DNA of 63,561 nt, filler included, from Deltaproteobacteria bacterium (lineage in GTDB: Bacteria > JAUYMQ01): the NCBI GenBank assembly GCA_030698575.1. It is 10 parts of 10 records of this genome, joined end to end, with 100 filler letters (N's around TTAATTAATTAA, not from the genome) between each part and the next. Parts side by side here need not be neighbours in the genome. Positions count along the whole stretch, not along the records: positions 32,717 to 41,628 come from JAUYMQ010000141.1; positions 41,729 to 54,740 come from JAUYMQ010000146.1; 8 more parts are not named here. The stretch is one strand, 5' to 3'. Shown piece after piece: positions 39,291 through 51,405 of the stretch; positions within the stretch are counted from its first letter, which is position 1, and every line of letters begins with the position of its first letter. Position numbers and translations under genes: made by a program. A model generated the notes under the pieces. The model ran no database searches. It was not told where the DNA came from and saw only the letters and a list, made by a program, of their open reading frames with translations.

Positions 39291-39391
39291 CTATTCTTGC
39301 CAGACCATCGGCTATGGCACCAATATTCCAGGTGCCCGAAGCCGGACGGCGGAAAACCATCGGACTCGGACCGGTGAGAGGTGGGGGATCC

Positions 39392-40780
39392 ATGAGCAAA
39401 ACGCAGCCGGACAAGCGGGGACGAATTCTCGTGGTGGACGACGAGAAGGGCGCCCGCGAGGCGCTCGCCGACATTCTGACCGAGGACGGCTATCAGGTAT
39501 CCGTGGCGGCTGATGGCGTGGAGGGTTTTGAGCGGGTGCAGGCGGACGCGCCAGACGTGGTGATCTCCGATTTCAAGATGCCCAGGCTCGACGGAATCAA
39601 TCTGCTCCGGAAATCTCTCACCATCGATCCCGATCTCAAATTCGTTCTGATGACGGCTTTTGGCACGATCAAGACCGCCGTGGAGGCAATGAAGCTCGGA
39701 GCCGAGGACTACCTCGTAAAGCCGGTCAACCTGGAGGAGGTACAGATCGTCATCGCGCGATGCCTGAAGGGGCGCCGCCTCGTCGAGGAGGCTCGGGGTC
39801 TGCGCGAACGTCTGGATGAGAAGTACCGCTTCGACAACATCGTCGGTAACAGCCCGCAGATGCAGCTCGTTTTCAAGACCGTCGAACAGATCGCCCCGAG
39901 CAGGTCCAATGTTTTAATCACCGGTGAGAGCGGAACGGGAAAGGAGCTGATCGCGCAGGCGATCCATCAGCACAGCCCGCGGAAAGACAAGGCCTTCGTG
40001 GTCCTGAATTGCGCGAGCCTCACCGAAACCCTGCTCGAAAGCGAGTTGTTCGGCCACGAGAAGGGATCCTTCACGGGTGCGACCGGCCGCCGCCGGGGCC
40101 GCCTGGAGCAGGCGGATGGGGGGACCCTGTTCCTCGACGAGGTCGGCGAGGTGCCGCAGTCCACTCAGGTGAAGCTGCTCCGCTTCCTCCAGTCGAGGGA
40201 GATCGAACGGGTTGGCGGCAACGAGGTTCTGAAGCTGGACGTGCGGGTGGTAACGGCGACCCACCGTGACCTGAAACAGCTCATCGAAAGCGAGACTTTC
40301 CGCGAAGATCTCTTCTATCGTCTGAATGTCATCGAGATAGGCCTTCCGCCGCTTCGCGAACGAAAGGGGGATATCCCCGCGCTCTCCGATTTCTTCATCC
40401 GGCGATACGCCGCCGAAAACCGGAAGCAGATAACGGGGATCGAGGAGGCCGCCCTTCAGGATCTTATTCGCTACGACTGGCCGGGCAACATTCGCGAGCT
40501 CGAAAACATCATCGAGCGCGCCGTGGTGCTCGCCGGTGGTAAGCGAATCACGCAGGACAACCTGCCTGAGCTTGCCGTCGAACCGGGCAAGGCGGCCAAC
40601 CGCTTTCAGTTCACGGCCGGCGTGACGCTGGGCGAAGCCGAGCGGGAGATCATCCTCCGCACTCTCGACGCCGTCGGCGGACACGTTCCGAGAGCCGCCG
40701 AGCTCCTTGGCATTTCACCCCGCAAGATCTACTACCGGCTCAAGGAGTACGGCCACGAGGCCCGGTCGAAAGCCTCCTGA
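39392..40780 (+). CDS. Sigma-54-dependent response regulator (NtrC/AtoC/ZraR family)
   Basis: Receiver domain (LVVDDE, SDFKMP), GESGTGKE, ESELFGHEKGSFTGA, LFLDE, WPGNIREL and Fis-type HTH. Confidence 0.96.
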   Translation: MSKTQPDKRGRILVVDDEKGAREALADILTEDGYQVSVAADGVEGFERVQADAPDVVISDFKMPRLDGINLLRKSLTIDPDLKFVLMTAFGTIKTAVEAMKLGAEDYLVKPVNLEEVQIVIARCLKGRRLVEEARGLRERLDEKYRFDNIVGNSPQMQLVFKTVEQIAPSRSNVLITGESGTGKELIAQAIHQHSPRKDKAFVVLNCASLTETLLESELFGHEKGSFTGATGRRRGRLEQADGGTLFLDEVGEVPQSTQVKLLRFLQSREIERVGGNEVLKLDVRVVTATHRDLKQLIESETFREDLFYRLNVIEIGLPPLRERKGDIPALSDFFIRRYAAENRKQITGIEEAALQDLIRYDWPGNIRELENIIERAVVLAGGKRITQDNLPELAVEPGKAANRFQFTAGVTLGEAEREIILRTLDAVGGHVPRAAELLGISPRKIYYRLKEYGHEARSKAS

Positions 40781-40846
40781 GGTCCCGGGCGCGAGTCGAC
40801 GTTCCCCCTCAAGCTGCAGTGAAGAACGACACTGTCTTTCGCATGA

Positions 40847-40900
40847 CGCAACTTTTGCGCCGTTTCGGGAGTGATAAGCCTGGAAGTTGCAGGGTGTGCG
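40847..40900. promoter_or_regulatory. Putative enhancer (UAS) sites
   Basis: CGCA-ACTTT-TGCG (40847-59) and TGCA-GGGTG-TGCG (40888-900). Confidence 0.45.
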
Positions 40901-40943
40901 CGATTCGGGCGTGTTCACTCCGGAATTCGAGGGAAAAACCTTT

Positions 40944-40960
40944 CTGGCACGCGAGTTGCA
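40944..40960 (+). promoter_or_regulatory. Sigma-54 promoter
   Basis: CTGGCAC-GCGAG-TTGCA, exact consensus. Confidence 0.85.
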
Positions 40961-41037
40961 AACACCACGCTAAGGAAGGGAACGCGGGATTCCAGTCAGC
41001 CTGAACCGGCGGGCAAACTGGCTGCAGGGAGTTCAAG

Positions 41038-41532
41038 ATGAACAAAGCGGATGCAAAGCCTCAGACGCTGCCGCGCGGAACGGGAGGCTCCGGTTTCTCC
41101 CCGAGCGGGAGCGTGCTCGGGATCATGCAGACTCCGGTGTGGACACTGCAGGCCAGCGATCCGTTGACGAAGGCGATCAACCTGCTTGGTTCGGAGAAGG
41201 CGCGCCAGTCCCCGGTCCTGAAGGGGGATGAATTGATTGGTGTTCTCTGCAGCTGCCATCTCTCCGAGCTTCTCGCCGCCTCCCTCCGCGAGCTTGCCAA
41301 TGGCAAGGGGCTTGGTGAGTTAAACCGCGTCCGCATCGAGGAGGTAGTCGCGGGAGGCGCCGTCTCGATTGGTCCCTATCATTCGATCGTGGCGGCCGCA
41401 CAGGTCTTGCTCGAGCGGCGGTCCTGCGCGCTCCCTGTCGTTGACCAACGGCGGGTCGTGGGCCTGGTCACCCAGGGCGATTTGCTCCGGGCGCTCATCG
41501 ATCGGGTGAAGGAGCTGGAGGCACGCCTATGA
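41038..41532 (+). CDS. CBS-domain pair protein
   Basis: IMQTPVWTL, SPVL-x4-LIGVL and LPVVD-x3-VVGLVTQGDLL. Confidence 0.85.
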   Translation: MNKADAKPQTLPRGTGGSGFSPSGSVLGIMQTPVWTLQASDPLTKAINLLGSEKARQSPVLKGDELIGVLCSCHLSELLAASLRELANGKGLGELNRVRIEEVVAGGAVSIGPYHSIVAAAQVLLERRSCALPVVDQRRVVGLVTQGDLLRALIDRVKELEARL

Positions 41533-41628
41533 CTACAAAGAACGCCCAGGGAAAGAACCGAAGCAGAAACGAGGAGCCGATGGATGCTGAAATCAACGAA
41601 AACAAGATCGTGAACGATATCATCGAAA
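41529..41628 (+). CDS. Start of a downstream gene truncated by the contig end
   Basis: ATGA overlap with the CBS gene; internal GAGGAG RBS and ATG (MDAEINENKIVNDIIE); too short to assign. Confidence 0.4.
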
Positions 41629-41728
41629 NNNNNNNNNNNNNNNNNNNNNNNNNNNNNNNNNNNNNNNNNNNNTTAATTAATTAANNNNNNNNNNNNNNNN
41701 NNNNNNNNNNNNNNNNNNNNNNNNNNNN
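41629..41728. other. Artificial contig spacer
   Basis: N-run with TTAATTAATTAA. Confidence 0.97.
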
Positions 41729-42397
41729 GTCCCGGGTCGAGAAGCCCCCCGTCGCCATCGTCGTGAACGCATGACAGACGGCCTCAAACCAGTCGAGCCC
41801 GGCGAACCGTAGCAGCAGGGTCTCCAGAGTCGTCAATCCGACATAGATGTACCAGAGCCGGCGCGCCGTCGCGGCCACGCGGGGCCGTACCTTGTCGGAC
41901 ATGGGCCCGGAGATCTCCGCCCTGAAGAGCTGCATGCCGCCGATCCCCAGCAGCGGGAGGATCGCGATGCTGAAGACGATGATCCCCATCCCTCCCAGCC
42001 ACTGGGTGAAGGCCCGCCAGAAGAGCAGCGTGCGCGGCTCCGCTTCGATGTGCGTCAGAACGGTGGAGCCCGTCGTCGTGAAGCCCGATGCTGCTTCGAA
42101 GAAGGCGTCGACGGGGCCGAGGGATCCGGCCAGCACGTAGGGGAGCGCGCCGAAGATCGAGCAGAGCAGCCAGGCGCACCCGACGACGAAGAACCCGTCG
42201 CGCGGGCGGATCTGGTTGTCTTCGGGTTGCATCGAGAAGGCGAGGATCATGCCGGCGAGAAGCGTGAAGCACGCGGCGGCCACGTAGGGGCCCGCGGTCT
42301 CGCCGAAGACGACCGCCACCCCCACCGGAAGGAGCTGGAAGATTCCGACGAGGATCAGCAACCCGCCCAGCAGGCGCAGGTCGAGCTTCATGTTCAT
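41729..42397 (-). CDS. trkH: Trk potassium uptake membrane protein (3' truncated)
   Basis: FGALPY, DAFFEAASGFTTTGST, QWLGGMGII and TMATGGFS. Confidence 0.95.
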
Positions 42398-42406
42398 GGG
42401 CGCAGC

Positions 42407-43756
42407 TCAGGGGGAGAGATAGGCGTCCAGGCGGGGGGCGTTCTCCGTCGTCGTGATCAGAACGACCTGGTCGCCCGTCTGAATGGTTTCCTCACCGCGG
42501 GGAATCATCAACGCGTCGCCACGGCGAATTGCCGCGACGATCACCCCGCGCGGAAGGCCGATCTTTGCCAGATTGCCCGACGTGAGCCGGCTCCCTTCCA
42601 CGGCCTCGGCCTCCAGGATCTCGACTTTGTCCTCGAGCAGCGCCGCGACCGAGCGAACAATGCCGCGGCGGATGTGCTGCAGGGTGAGCCCGACCGCCAG
42701 GAGCCGCGGACTGATGACCGCGTCGATGCCGAGCTCGCCGATGAGGACCGCCAGGGCCGGGTTGTCGACCAGCGCGAAAGCGCGTCGCGCGCCGAGCCGC
42801 TTCGCGAGCAGCCCGGAGACGAGGTTCTCCTCGTGATCGGGCGTCAGCGCCACGAAGGTGGCCACGCGCTCGATCTCCTCCTGCTCGAGTAGCGCCTGGT
42901 CCGTCACCCGCCCGTGTATCACCAGCGCCCGGTCCAGCGTCTCCGCCGCCAGGCGCGCAAGCTCGGCGTTCTCCTCAATGAGGATCAGCTTCGAATCCAC
43001 GTTCTCGAGTCGCCGCGCCACCTCCAGCCCGATTCGCCCCGCACCTGCCACCATGATGTGCTGCTTCTTGTCCGGAAGAGCGCCGACCAGCGCCAGAACG
43101 CTGTCCAGCTCTTCGCGGGCGATGGCGAAGTACACCAGATCGCCCACGCGGATCTCTTCCTGCCCGTGGGGAACGATCCACTCGGTGCCGCGATTGATGG
43201 CCGTGACCAGCGTCGGCGTGTCCGGGAACATGAGCTTGATATGGGAAAGGAGAAGTCCCGCGAAATCGGAACTGGGGAGGATCCGGAACCCCGCCACAAG
43301 AAGGCGCCCATCCATGAAGGTCACGACGTCGAGGGCGCCCGGCACGTCCAGCAACGAAAGAATGCGATCGACGGCCGCCGCGGCCGGGTTCACGCAGAAA
43401 TGCTTCCCGGGATAGGCCTCCGTCATCCGCGCGAAGCTCTCGGCATGTTCCTGCTCCCGCACCCGCACCACGACCCGGGGGACGTTGAAGACCGCCGTTC
43501 CGAGCATGCCCACGACCATGTTGTACTCATCCGAGTCAGTCGTGGCCATGAGCAGATCGGCCTTCTCCACGCCGGCCCGCCTCAGAACGGAGGCGAGGGC
43601 GCCGTTCCCTTCGATGATCTGCGCGTCCAGCGTGTCGCTCATGTCGCGCGCGGTCGCCGAATTGCGCTCGACCACAGAGACATCGTGGCCGTCGCTCGCG
43701 AGCTTGCCGGCCAGAGTGGATCCGACCAGCCCGCCGCCCACGATGATGATGTTCAT
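42407..43756 (-). CDS. trkA: Trk potassium uptake NAD-binding subunit
   Basis: Two RCK domains (MNIIIVGGGLVG and IMVAGAGRIG), DAVISP; adjacent to trkH. Confidence 0.95.
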   Translation of the reverse strand: MNIIIVGGGLVGSTLAGKLASDGHDVSVVERNSATARDMSDTLDAQIIEGNGALASVLRRAGVEKADLLMATTDSDEYNMVVGMLGTAVFNVPRVVVRVREQEHAESFARMTEAYPGKHFCVNPAAAAVDRILSLLDVPGALDVVTFMDGRLLVAGFRILPSSDFAGLLLSHIKLMFPDTPTLVTAINRGTEWIVPHGQEEIRVGDLVYFAIAREELDSVLALVGALPDKKQHIMVAGAGRIGLEVARRLENVDSKLILIEENAELARLAAETLDRALVIHGRVTDQALLEQEEIERVATFVALTPDHEENLVSGLLAKRLGARRAFALVDNPALAVLIGELGIDAVISPRLLAVGLTLQHIRRGIVRSVAALLEDKVEILEAEAVEGSRLTSGNLAKIGLPRGVIVAAIRRGDALMIPRGEETIQTGDQVVLITTTENAPRLDAYLSP

Positions 43757-43862
43757 CTTCAAAGGAACTCCCTGGCCCCCCGCGTCCGGGTTCGCCGGGG
43801 GCCACATAGTGCCATCGGCGGGGGGCGGAAGAAAAGCAAGAAGTGTCTGCCGCTCCGGTTAG

Positions 43863-46800
43863 CTATCGCCCGGAGAGCCCCGCCCCGCCGCGAAGGGCCG
43901 TGTAGAGCCGCTCCGGCTCCGGAAGCGGCGGCCACGCCATGACCGCGAGCGCGTCGTCGACGTATTCGGGGCGGCGCATGCCGGTGAGAACGCAGGCGAC
44001 GCCTCCGGTGCTGGCGAGAGCCCAGATCGCCTTCCGCGAAAGCGTTTCGGTTCGGCGCTCGGGGGGGATGAGCGGATCGATCGCCTCTTCCACCGCGCGC
44101 GCGGCATCGCGGGATCGCGTGGCGGCGACCTCTGTCGTGGCGGCCAGAAGCGCTTCGAGCGACGGGAGGTAGCGCTCGCGCCAGCCGCGCCAGGTCTCCC
44201 CGGCGGCGCCCTCCAAGCCCTGATCGAGGACCATGATCAGCTGGCGAATCGTCGGAACGATGGCGTGCGCCTGGTACTGCTGCCACTGATCGAGTCCGCG
44301 GATCTGCGGAAGGATGCTTCGCATCTGATCGGCCCAGCGGAAGAGTTGATCGGGCCGCGGGGCGTCCTTGCCCAGATCGATGGCCGGTGCGAGGGTCCGG
44401 CGAAACTCTTCCTCCAGCAGTCCTGTCGCGCGGCAGGCGGCCTCGAAGTCTGGAGCACGCTCCGGCGCGTCCTCGGTCGCGAACACGGCGGCGAGCCGCA
44501 ACATGCTCTCGGGGCCCATCGCGTTCAGCGGGCGGTTCACAAGAACGCCGAGCCCGGCATCCGCCGCCGCCTCGAGCACCGTCCGCTGCCCGTCCTCACC
44601 CTCCTTGCGCAACAGCACGGGGTTCGACTCGAGGAGATTCATGGGAAGCTGCACGATGCGGCAGTGGTGATCCTCTCCACCCGCTCTTCGGGCCGCATCG
44701 AGAATGCGCCCGAGGGAAACGCTTTCGATCTCCCCCGCGGGGCCGGCCAGCGTGTTCGACGACACGCCGTACCATCGGATTCTCCCCGCCTTCACCTCAT
44801 CCTCGAGCGCCGCGAAGGCGGCCTCGATGCGGCGGTAGAAGGCTTCGCGCACGTCCTCCGGCAACCCGCGGAACTCCTTCTTCGCATCGGAAAGGAAGTA
44901 CTCCGGGTTGTGAAGAAGACAAACGTCGAGGGTTTCGATCCCCAGCCGCCCCAGCGAGCGAGTGAGTTGATCGCGAATGAACTCGGGATGAATGCAATGC
45001 CAGACACCGTCGGCGTACTTGACCATTTCGGGGTAGGGTCGCCCTTCCAGTTCCCGCGCCTCCGCCTGCGCGAGGTTGCCGCCCTGCACGTAGCCGATCT
45101 TCGAGACGACCACCACGCCCTCGCGGCGGACCGTTCCCCTGGCCGCAAGATCGGAGAGCACCTCGCCCACGAGCCGCTCGCTCGCACCGTCGGTGTAGTT
45201 CGTCGAAGTATCGATGAGGTTGCATCCCCGCCGGAGCGCATGCACGAGCGCCTCGCGGTGAGCCGGCGTGTCGTCGTCCACGCGGTAGCCGCCGAACCCC
45301 ACGCGGCTCACCCGGAGCCCGGTGGTTCCGAAATCGGCATACCCCCGCAGATCGGCATCGGGGTACCGCGCGGCCGCCGCGCGTGTCACCTCCGGCACGG
45401 CGTGGCCCGCAAGGGCCTTGCCGACACGAACCGCCGCGCCCTTCCGCCCTGCTTCCGCCGATCCGGCAAGCGCGGCGCTCACCGCGGCGGGCTCGGTCAC
45501 GGGGGCCTCGCAGGCGAAGTTCCGGCAGACGTAAAGCGCCGGACGCCCGCCCTGCAGCGTCTTTCCGCGAAGCAACGCCCGCGATGATTCTCCCGCGTCG
45601 AGATCCTTCCAGGCGGTGATGCGATTTGGCAGGTAGGGGCGCGCAGCTTCGGCGCGCAGCGCCTCCAGCGCGGCGTCGCCGGTTGCGCCGACGAAGGCCA
45701 GCTCGACGGGTCCATCGAGGAGCAGATCGACCACGGCGAGGCTCGCGCAGAAGGCGCGGGGAAAGCGCCCGATCAGTTTTCCGTGAGCCGCCAGCGCCCG
45801 CTCTGCCGACGCGCGAAGCTCCGGCCGATCGAAGTGAAAGGAGAGTCGCGCCAGCGCCGCGGCGGCCGCCGCGTTCGGCGAGGGAGTTGCGCCGTCCATC
45901 GCCTCACGCCGGCGGAGGATGAGTTTCTCGTGGTGGACGCCGGTCGCGAAGAAGCCCCCCGACTCGGGATCCTCGAACTCGGCCAGCACTCGCCCCGCGA
46001 GATCCTCCGCCGCGTCCAGATAGCGATCGCCGCCGCCCGCCTCGTAGAGATCAATGAGCGCGCCCGTGAGGTAGGCATAGTCTTCGAGCACGCCGTCGAG
46101 GTGCGCCTTGCCTTCCCGACAGGTCCTCAGCAGCCGTCCCTCCGGCCCGAGGAGCGTCCCGAGGATGAAGTCGGCGGCGCGTCGCGCCCCCTCGAGGTAG
46201 CGGGGCTCGCCCAGCACCCAGGCGCCGAAGGCCATGGCGCCGATCATGAGTCCGTTCCAGGCGGTGAGGATCTTGTCGTCGAGCCCGGGCGCCACGCGCG
46301 CGGCCCGGGCCCGGTAGAGTTTTTCACGCGCGGCCGCGATTGATGCCTCGAGTTCGGCCAGCGGAATGCCGAGCGTTCGCGCGACTTCCTCGAGCGGGAG
46401 AGGCGCGTTCGGGATGCTCTTCCCCTCCCAGTTCCCTGCCGGCGTGATGTCGAACCAGGCGCAAAGCCGGCGTCCCTCCTCGGGGCCCAGCGCGGCCTCG
46501 ACCTCGGCCGGCGTCCAGACGAAGAACTTCCCCTCCTCGCCCTCCGAGTCCGCGTCGGTGCTCGAGTAGAAGCCCCCCTCGGGCGATGTCATCTCGCGCA
46601 GGACATAGTCGAACACGTCGGTGGCCACGCGGCGGAAGAGCGCATCGCCCGTCGCCTGCCACGCCTCCAGGTACACCCGGGCCAGCAGGGCGTTGTCGTA
46701 GAGCATCTTTTCGAAGTGGGGAACCAGCCACCGCTCGTCCGTCGCGTAGCGGGCGAAACCGCCGCCAACATGATCGTAAATCCCTCCCCGCGCCATCGCG

Positions 46801-47528
46801 TCGAGGGTCTTTGACACCATGCGGATCGCGTTTTCGTCCCCCGTGCGGCGGTGGTGGCGGAGCAGCAGCGAGAGCGAGGACGACGGCGGAAACTTGGGCG
46901 CGCCGCCAAACCCACCGTGCTCCGGATCAAAGGTCTGTGCGAGCTGCGCCGCGGCCTCCGATATTTCGTTCGCGCCGACCGGAAGCGGCGGCGCGGCGCG
47001 GGTCTGCGCGGCGAGATTGGCGGTCAGTTCGGCGGCCTGCTTGCGCAGGCGCTCCGGCCGGCTCCGCCACAGCTCGGCAATGCGGGTGAGAAGCGTGGGA
47101 AAGCCCGGGCGGCCATGGGCGTCGACGGGCGGGAAGTAGGTGCCGGCGAAGAACGGCTCCTGTTCGGGCGTGAGAAAGACGGTCATCGGCCAGCCGCCCT
47201 GCCCCGAGTTCATGGCCTGGGTGGCCGCCATGTAGATGTCATCGAGATCGGGCCGCTCCTCGCGGTCGACCTTCACGCAGACGAAGTGTTCGTTCATGAG
47301 CGCGGCGATGCGCTCGTCCTCGAAGCACTCGCGCTCCATCACATGGCACCAGTGACAGGCGCTGTACCCGATCGAAAGAAGGATCGGCCGCTTCTCCTCG
47401 GCGGACCGCCGCAGGGCATCCTCGCCCCAGGGATACCAGTCCACCGGGTTGTGGGCGTGCTGAAGCAGGTAGGGGCTCGTTTCGTGGATGAGCCGGTTGG
47501 GCTTTCGTCCTGAAGTCTTTTCGCTCAT
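43863..47528 (-). CDS. YyaL/DUF255 (thioredoxin plus six-hairpin glycosidase-like) protein fused to an aldo/keto reductase domain
   Basis: [32 protein letters not shown] and [10 protein letters not shown], then VGFGGYR, IDTSTNY, VSKIGY, LLHNPE, GVSSN and LTGMR. Confidence 0.92.
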   Translation of the reverse strand: MSEKTSGRKPNRLIHETSPYLLQHAHNPVDWYPWGEDALRRSAEEKRPILLSIGYSACHWCHVMERECFEDERIAALMNEHFVCVKVDREERPDLDDIYMAATQAMNSGQGGWPMTVFLTPEQEPFFAGTYFPPVDAHGRPGFPTLLTRIAELWRSRPERLRKQAAELTANLAAQTRAAPPLPVGANEISEAAAQLAQTFDPEHGGFGGAPKFPPSSSLSLLLRHHRRTGDENAIRMVSKTLDAMARGGIYDHVGGGFARYATDERWLVPHFEKMLYDNALLARVYLEAWQATGDALFRRVATDVFDYVLREMTSPEGGFYSSTDADSEGEEGKFFVWTPAEVEAALGPEEGRRLCAWFDITPAGNWEGKSIPNAPLPLEEVARTLGIPLAELEASIAAAREKLYRARAARVAPGLDDKILTAWNGLMIGAMAFGAWVLGEPRYLEGARRAADFILGTLLGPEGRLLRTCREGKAHLDGVLEDYAYLTGALIDLYEAGGGDRYLDAAEDLAGRVLAEFEDPESGGFFATGVHHEKLILRRREAMDGATPSPNAAAAAALARLSFHFDRPELRASAERALAAHGKLIGRFPRAFCASLAVVDLLLDGPVELAFVGATGDAALEALRAEAARPYLPNRITAWKDLDAGESSRALLRGKTLQGGRPALYVCRNFACEAPVTEPAAVSAALAGSAEAGRKGAAVRVGKALAGHAVPEVTRAAAARYPDADLRGYADFGTTGLRVSRVGFGGYRVDDDTPAHREALVHALRRGCNLIDTSTNYTDGASERLVGEVLSDLAARGTVRREGVVVVSKIGYVQGGNLAQAEARELEGRPYPEMVKYADGVWHCIHPEFIRDQLTRSLGRLGIETLDVCLLHNPEYFLSDAKKEFRGLPEDVREAFYRRIEAAFAALEDEVKAGRIRWYGVSSNTLAGPAGEIESVSLGRILDAARRAGGEDHHCRIVQLPMNLLESNPVLLRKEGEDGQRTVLEAAADAGLGVLVNRPLNAMGPESMLRLAAVFATEDAPERAPDFEAACRATGLLEEEFRRTLAPAIDLGKDAPRPDQLFRWADQMRSILPQIRGLDQWQQYQAHAIVPTIRQLIMVLDQGLEGAAGETWRGWRERYLPSLEALLAATTEVAATRSRDAARAVEEAIDPLIPPERRTETLSRKAIWALASTGGVACVLTGMRRPEYVDDALAVMAWPPLPEPERLYTALRGGAGLSGR

Positions 47529-47562
47529 CTTGCCTTTCGCCGCGGCGTGGCCCCCTCTTTCC

Positions 47563-47898
47563 TCAAGCGGAGCCGAAAGCCTCGTCGCATTTTGCGGCCA
47601 GGATGAAATCGCTCTCTGTAAGGCCGTCGATCTTGTGCGTCCAGATGTCGACGCGCACCTTTCCCCAGGTGAGGACGATGTCGGGGTGGTGCCCCTGCTG
47701 CTCCGCAATGCCGCCGATCTTGTTCACGTAGTCCAGCGCGGTGACGAAATCCTTGAAGCTGTAAGCGCGTGTGATGTGATGCCCCTTGACCGCCTCCCAG
47801 CCCTCCACCTCGGCCAGCAGATTGGTGATCGCCTTCCCTTCGAGCGGAGGAACGCCTCCCTTGCAGGGAACGCACTCTTTCTTCGCAAGCCCGGACAT
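47563..47898 (-). CDS. phhB: Pterin-4-alpha-carbinolamine dehydratase
   Basis: [17 protein letters not shown] and [18 protein letters not shown]. Confidence 0.93.
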   Translation of the reverse strand: MSGLAKKECVPCKGGVPPLEGKAITNLLAEVEGWEAVKGHHITRAYSFKDFVTALDYVNKIGGIAEQQGHHPDIVLTWGKVRVDIWTHKIDGLTESDFILAAKCDEAFGSA

Positions 47899-48004
47899 GA
47901 CTGCCTCCTTCCGTGCCGATGTGGCGGGCCGAGGCGGCCCGCGCTCCTAAAGACATACCAAAAAATGCCGCCGCATGAACCGTTCGACTGGGACTGGCTC
48001 CGTC

Positions 48005-48164
48005 TGTCATTGCGAACCGCCGCCGCCGCATGTCATTGCGAGGAGCGAAGTGACGAAGCAATCCCCCCGCTTGTGGCGCCGCCCTGGGGATTGCTTCGTC
48101 GGGCTCTCTCAAGGTGATCTCGGCCCGCGCTTCGCACGGGACCTCGGGGCTCGCAATGACATGC
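48005..48164. repeat. REP-like element, inverted pair with an insertion in the right arm and an extra partial left end
   Basis: TGTCATTGCGA (48005), GCATGTCATTGCGAGGAGCGAAGTGACGAAGCAATCCCC (48028), GGGGATTGCTTCGTCG and CTCGCAATGACATGC. Confidence 0.88.
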
Positions 48165-48173
48165 GCGCGAGGG

Positions 48174-48202
48174 TTGACACCGCGGGGCCTCGTCCGTAAG
48201 AT
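48174..48202 (+). promoter_or_regulatory. Sigma-70 promoter of the ABC exporter operon
   Basis: TTGACA-N17-TAAGAT. Confidence 0.65.
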
Positions 48203-48274
48203 CGCGCTCTCTCGGGGAGCATTCGCTCCCCCGCGGCGCGACGCCGCAAGGACCCACTGGGTCGTGACTGGCAG

Positions 48275-49200
<926 letters not shown>

Positions 49201-49204
<4 letters not shown>

Positions 49205-49968
49205 ACGGCTTCCTGGCGGTGTACCGGCGCGAACTGGCTTCCTACTTCCAGTCGGCGATCTTCTACGTCGTGGCCTTCGTGTTCCTGGGAATCTTCGGCT
49301 ATCTCTTCTTCGCCTCGGTGCTGGCCTACGGCTACTTCTCCTTCCAGGCGCAGGATCCCATGATGGCCTCACAGCTGAACGGGACCGAGATGGTCCTGAC
49401 CCCGCTCTTCCACGACACGAGCGTCGTGATGCTGCTAGTGATGCCACTTCTCACCATGCGCGCCTTCGCCGAGGAACGGAAGACCGGCACGCTGGAGCTC
49501 CTGTTCACCTATCCTCTTCGCGATCTCGAGACCCTTCTCGGAAAGCTGGCGGCCGTCCTCACCGTCTTTGGAATCGTGCTCGCGGGAACCCTCCCCTGCG
49601 TAGCGTTTCTTTCCAGCCTCACGCCGATCGATCCGGGCGTCATCGCCTCGAGCTACACGGGGCTCTTCCTCCTCGGAAGCGCGTTCCTCTGCCTGGGCAT
49701 TTTCGTCTCGTCGCTCACCGAGAACCAGATCGTCGCAGCCGTCGTCTCCTTCGGCGCGCTGCTCGCCTTCTGGCTCATCGGGGTCGTCGAGCAATTCTCC
49801 GGCGGCGGCGGAGGCGGACCGCTCTCATACCTTTCAATCCTGGAGCACTTCGACGCCTTCACGCGCGGTGTTGTCGACACGCGCGACGTGGCCTTCTACC
49901 TGCTCTTCTGCGCATTCTTCCTCTTCGGCACGCTGCGCGTGCTCGAATCGATGCGCTGGCGGGGTTAA
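49201..49968 (+). CDS. ABC-2 permease (GldF-like)
   Basis: RELASYF, PLLTMRAFAEERKTGTLELL, SSLTENQIVA and RGVVDTRD. Confidence 0.9.
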
Positions 49969-49971
49969 GCG

Positions 49972-51405
49972 ATGCCCTTCGGCCGATCTCGCCGCGTCCG
50001 GACCGGATCTCAGACCGCGCTGGCCATGCTGGCCTTCGCGACCGTGCTCGTTTTCGCCGGCCTCTTCGTGGCCCGCTTTCCCGAACGCATCGATCTGACG
50101 GACGTGGGCGCGCAGAGCCTCTCGGAAGAGACGCGGAAGGTGCTCGCCTCCCTCGAGACCGACGTTCACGCCATCGCCTTCCCGTCGCGGGAGGGAGGCG
50201 GGCCGGAAGCCCTGCGCGATCTTCTCGAGAACTGCCGCGTGGCCTCACGGCGCTTCACCTACGAGATGGTCGATGCCGAGCGGAACCTCTCGCTAGCGAA
50301 GCAGTACGAGGTCCGGAGCCTCGACACGACCGTGCTCGTTGCCGGGGGAAAGAGCCACAACGTGACCGAAGCCACCGAGCAGGCGCTCACAAACGGCCTG
50401 CGGGAGCTGCTTCTCGACCGGGAGCGCAAGGTCTACTTCACCGCGGGTCACGGCGAGCATCCGCTGGAAGGAACCACCAATGAAGCCTACAGCGGGGTTC
50501 GGGGCGACATCCAGGGCGCCAACTTCCCCGTGGAGCCGTTGACGCTCATCACTGCCGAGAAGATCCCGGACGACGCGGCGGCGATCATCATCGGCGGACC
50601 CAGGAAGCCCTTCATGGAGCCGGAGATCGAGCTACTGCGCGCGTACGTGCTCGGCGGCGGCGCGCTCATCGTTCTGCTCGATCCGGAGAACGACGCGGGG
50701 CTCCGGGAGCTGCTGAAGGAATGGGGTGTGGGACTCGACGACGATCTCATCGTGGACAAGTTTTCGCGGATGTTCGGTGGCGACTACACCACGCCGGTCG
50801 TGATGGAGTACAACGCCGACAGCTTCATGGCGGGCTTCAACGTCGCAACCTTCTTTCCTGAGGCCCGATCGATCGAGCCCCTGTCGCCCGCGCCCCCGGG
50901 AATTACCGTCACGCGCCTCGCCTCGACGTCCCAGGCTGCGTGGGGCGAAAGAGGAACGTCGGAGATCAAGGAGGGCGTGGTCGAGTTCCAGGCCGAAACC
51001 GACATCCCGGGCCCCGTTCCGGTGGCGGTTCTGTCGGAGCTGCCGCCTCGCGATGTGCCCGCGCAGGTCCCGGCGGAGGGATCGTCTCAGGAGAACGAGG
51101 GCGATGGGAACGGTGAAGCGGAAGGAGCGGCGCGCGGAAGGGTGATCGTCTTCGGCGACAGCGACTTCATCGCCGACGCCTATCTCGGCCTCTCGGGCAA
51201 CGCCGACTTCTTCCTGAACACGCTGGAGTACCTCGCGCGAGAGGCGAACCCCGTTCTCATCGAGCGCCGCCAGCGCGAGGGCGCGCCGCTCTTCATGACC
51301 GCCGGGCAGGGCCAGGCCCTGACTCTGGTGAGCTTCGCGCTCAGCCCGGGGCTGGTTCTGCTGGGCGGCCTGATGGTGTGGCGTAGCCGGCGGAAGAATC
51401 GATGA
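49972..51405 (+). CDS. GldG-like ABC-type auxiliary component
   Basis: RIDLT, SLSEET, VYFTAGHGE, VIVFGDSDF and GNADF; C-terminal TM helix. Confidence 0.88.
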   Translation: MPFGRSRRVRTGSQTALAMLAFATVLVFAGLFVARFPERIDLTDVGAQSLSEETRKVLASLETDVHAIAFPSREGGGPEALRDLLENCRVASRRFTYEMVDAERNLSLAKQYEVRSLDTTVLVAGGKSHNVTEATEQALTNGLRELLLDRERKVYFTAGHGEHPLEGTTNEAYSGVRGDIQGANFPVEPLTLITAEKIPDDAAAIIIGGPRKPFMEPEIELLRAYVLGGGALIVLLDPENDAGLRELLKEWGVGLDDDLIVDKFSRMFGGDYTTPVVMEYNADSFMAGFNVATFFPEARSIEPLSPAPPGITVTRLASTSQAAWGERGTSEIKEGVVEFQAETDIPGPVPVAVLSELPPRDVPAQVPAEGSSQENEGDGNGEAEGAARGRVIVFGDSDFIADAYLGLSGNADFFLNTLEYLAREANPVLIERRQREGAPLFMTAGQGQALTLVSFALSPGLVLLGGLMVWRSRRKNR

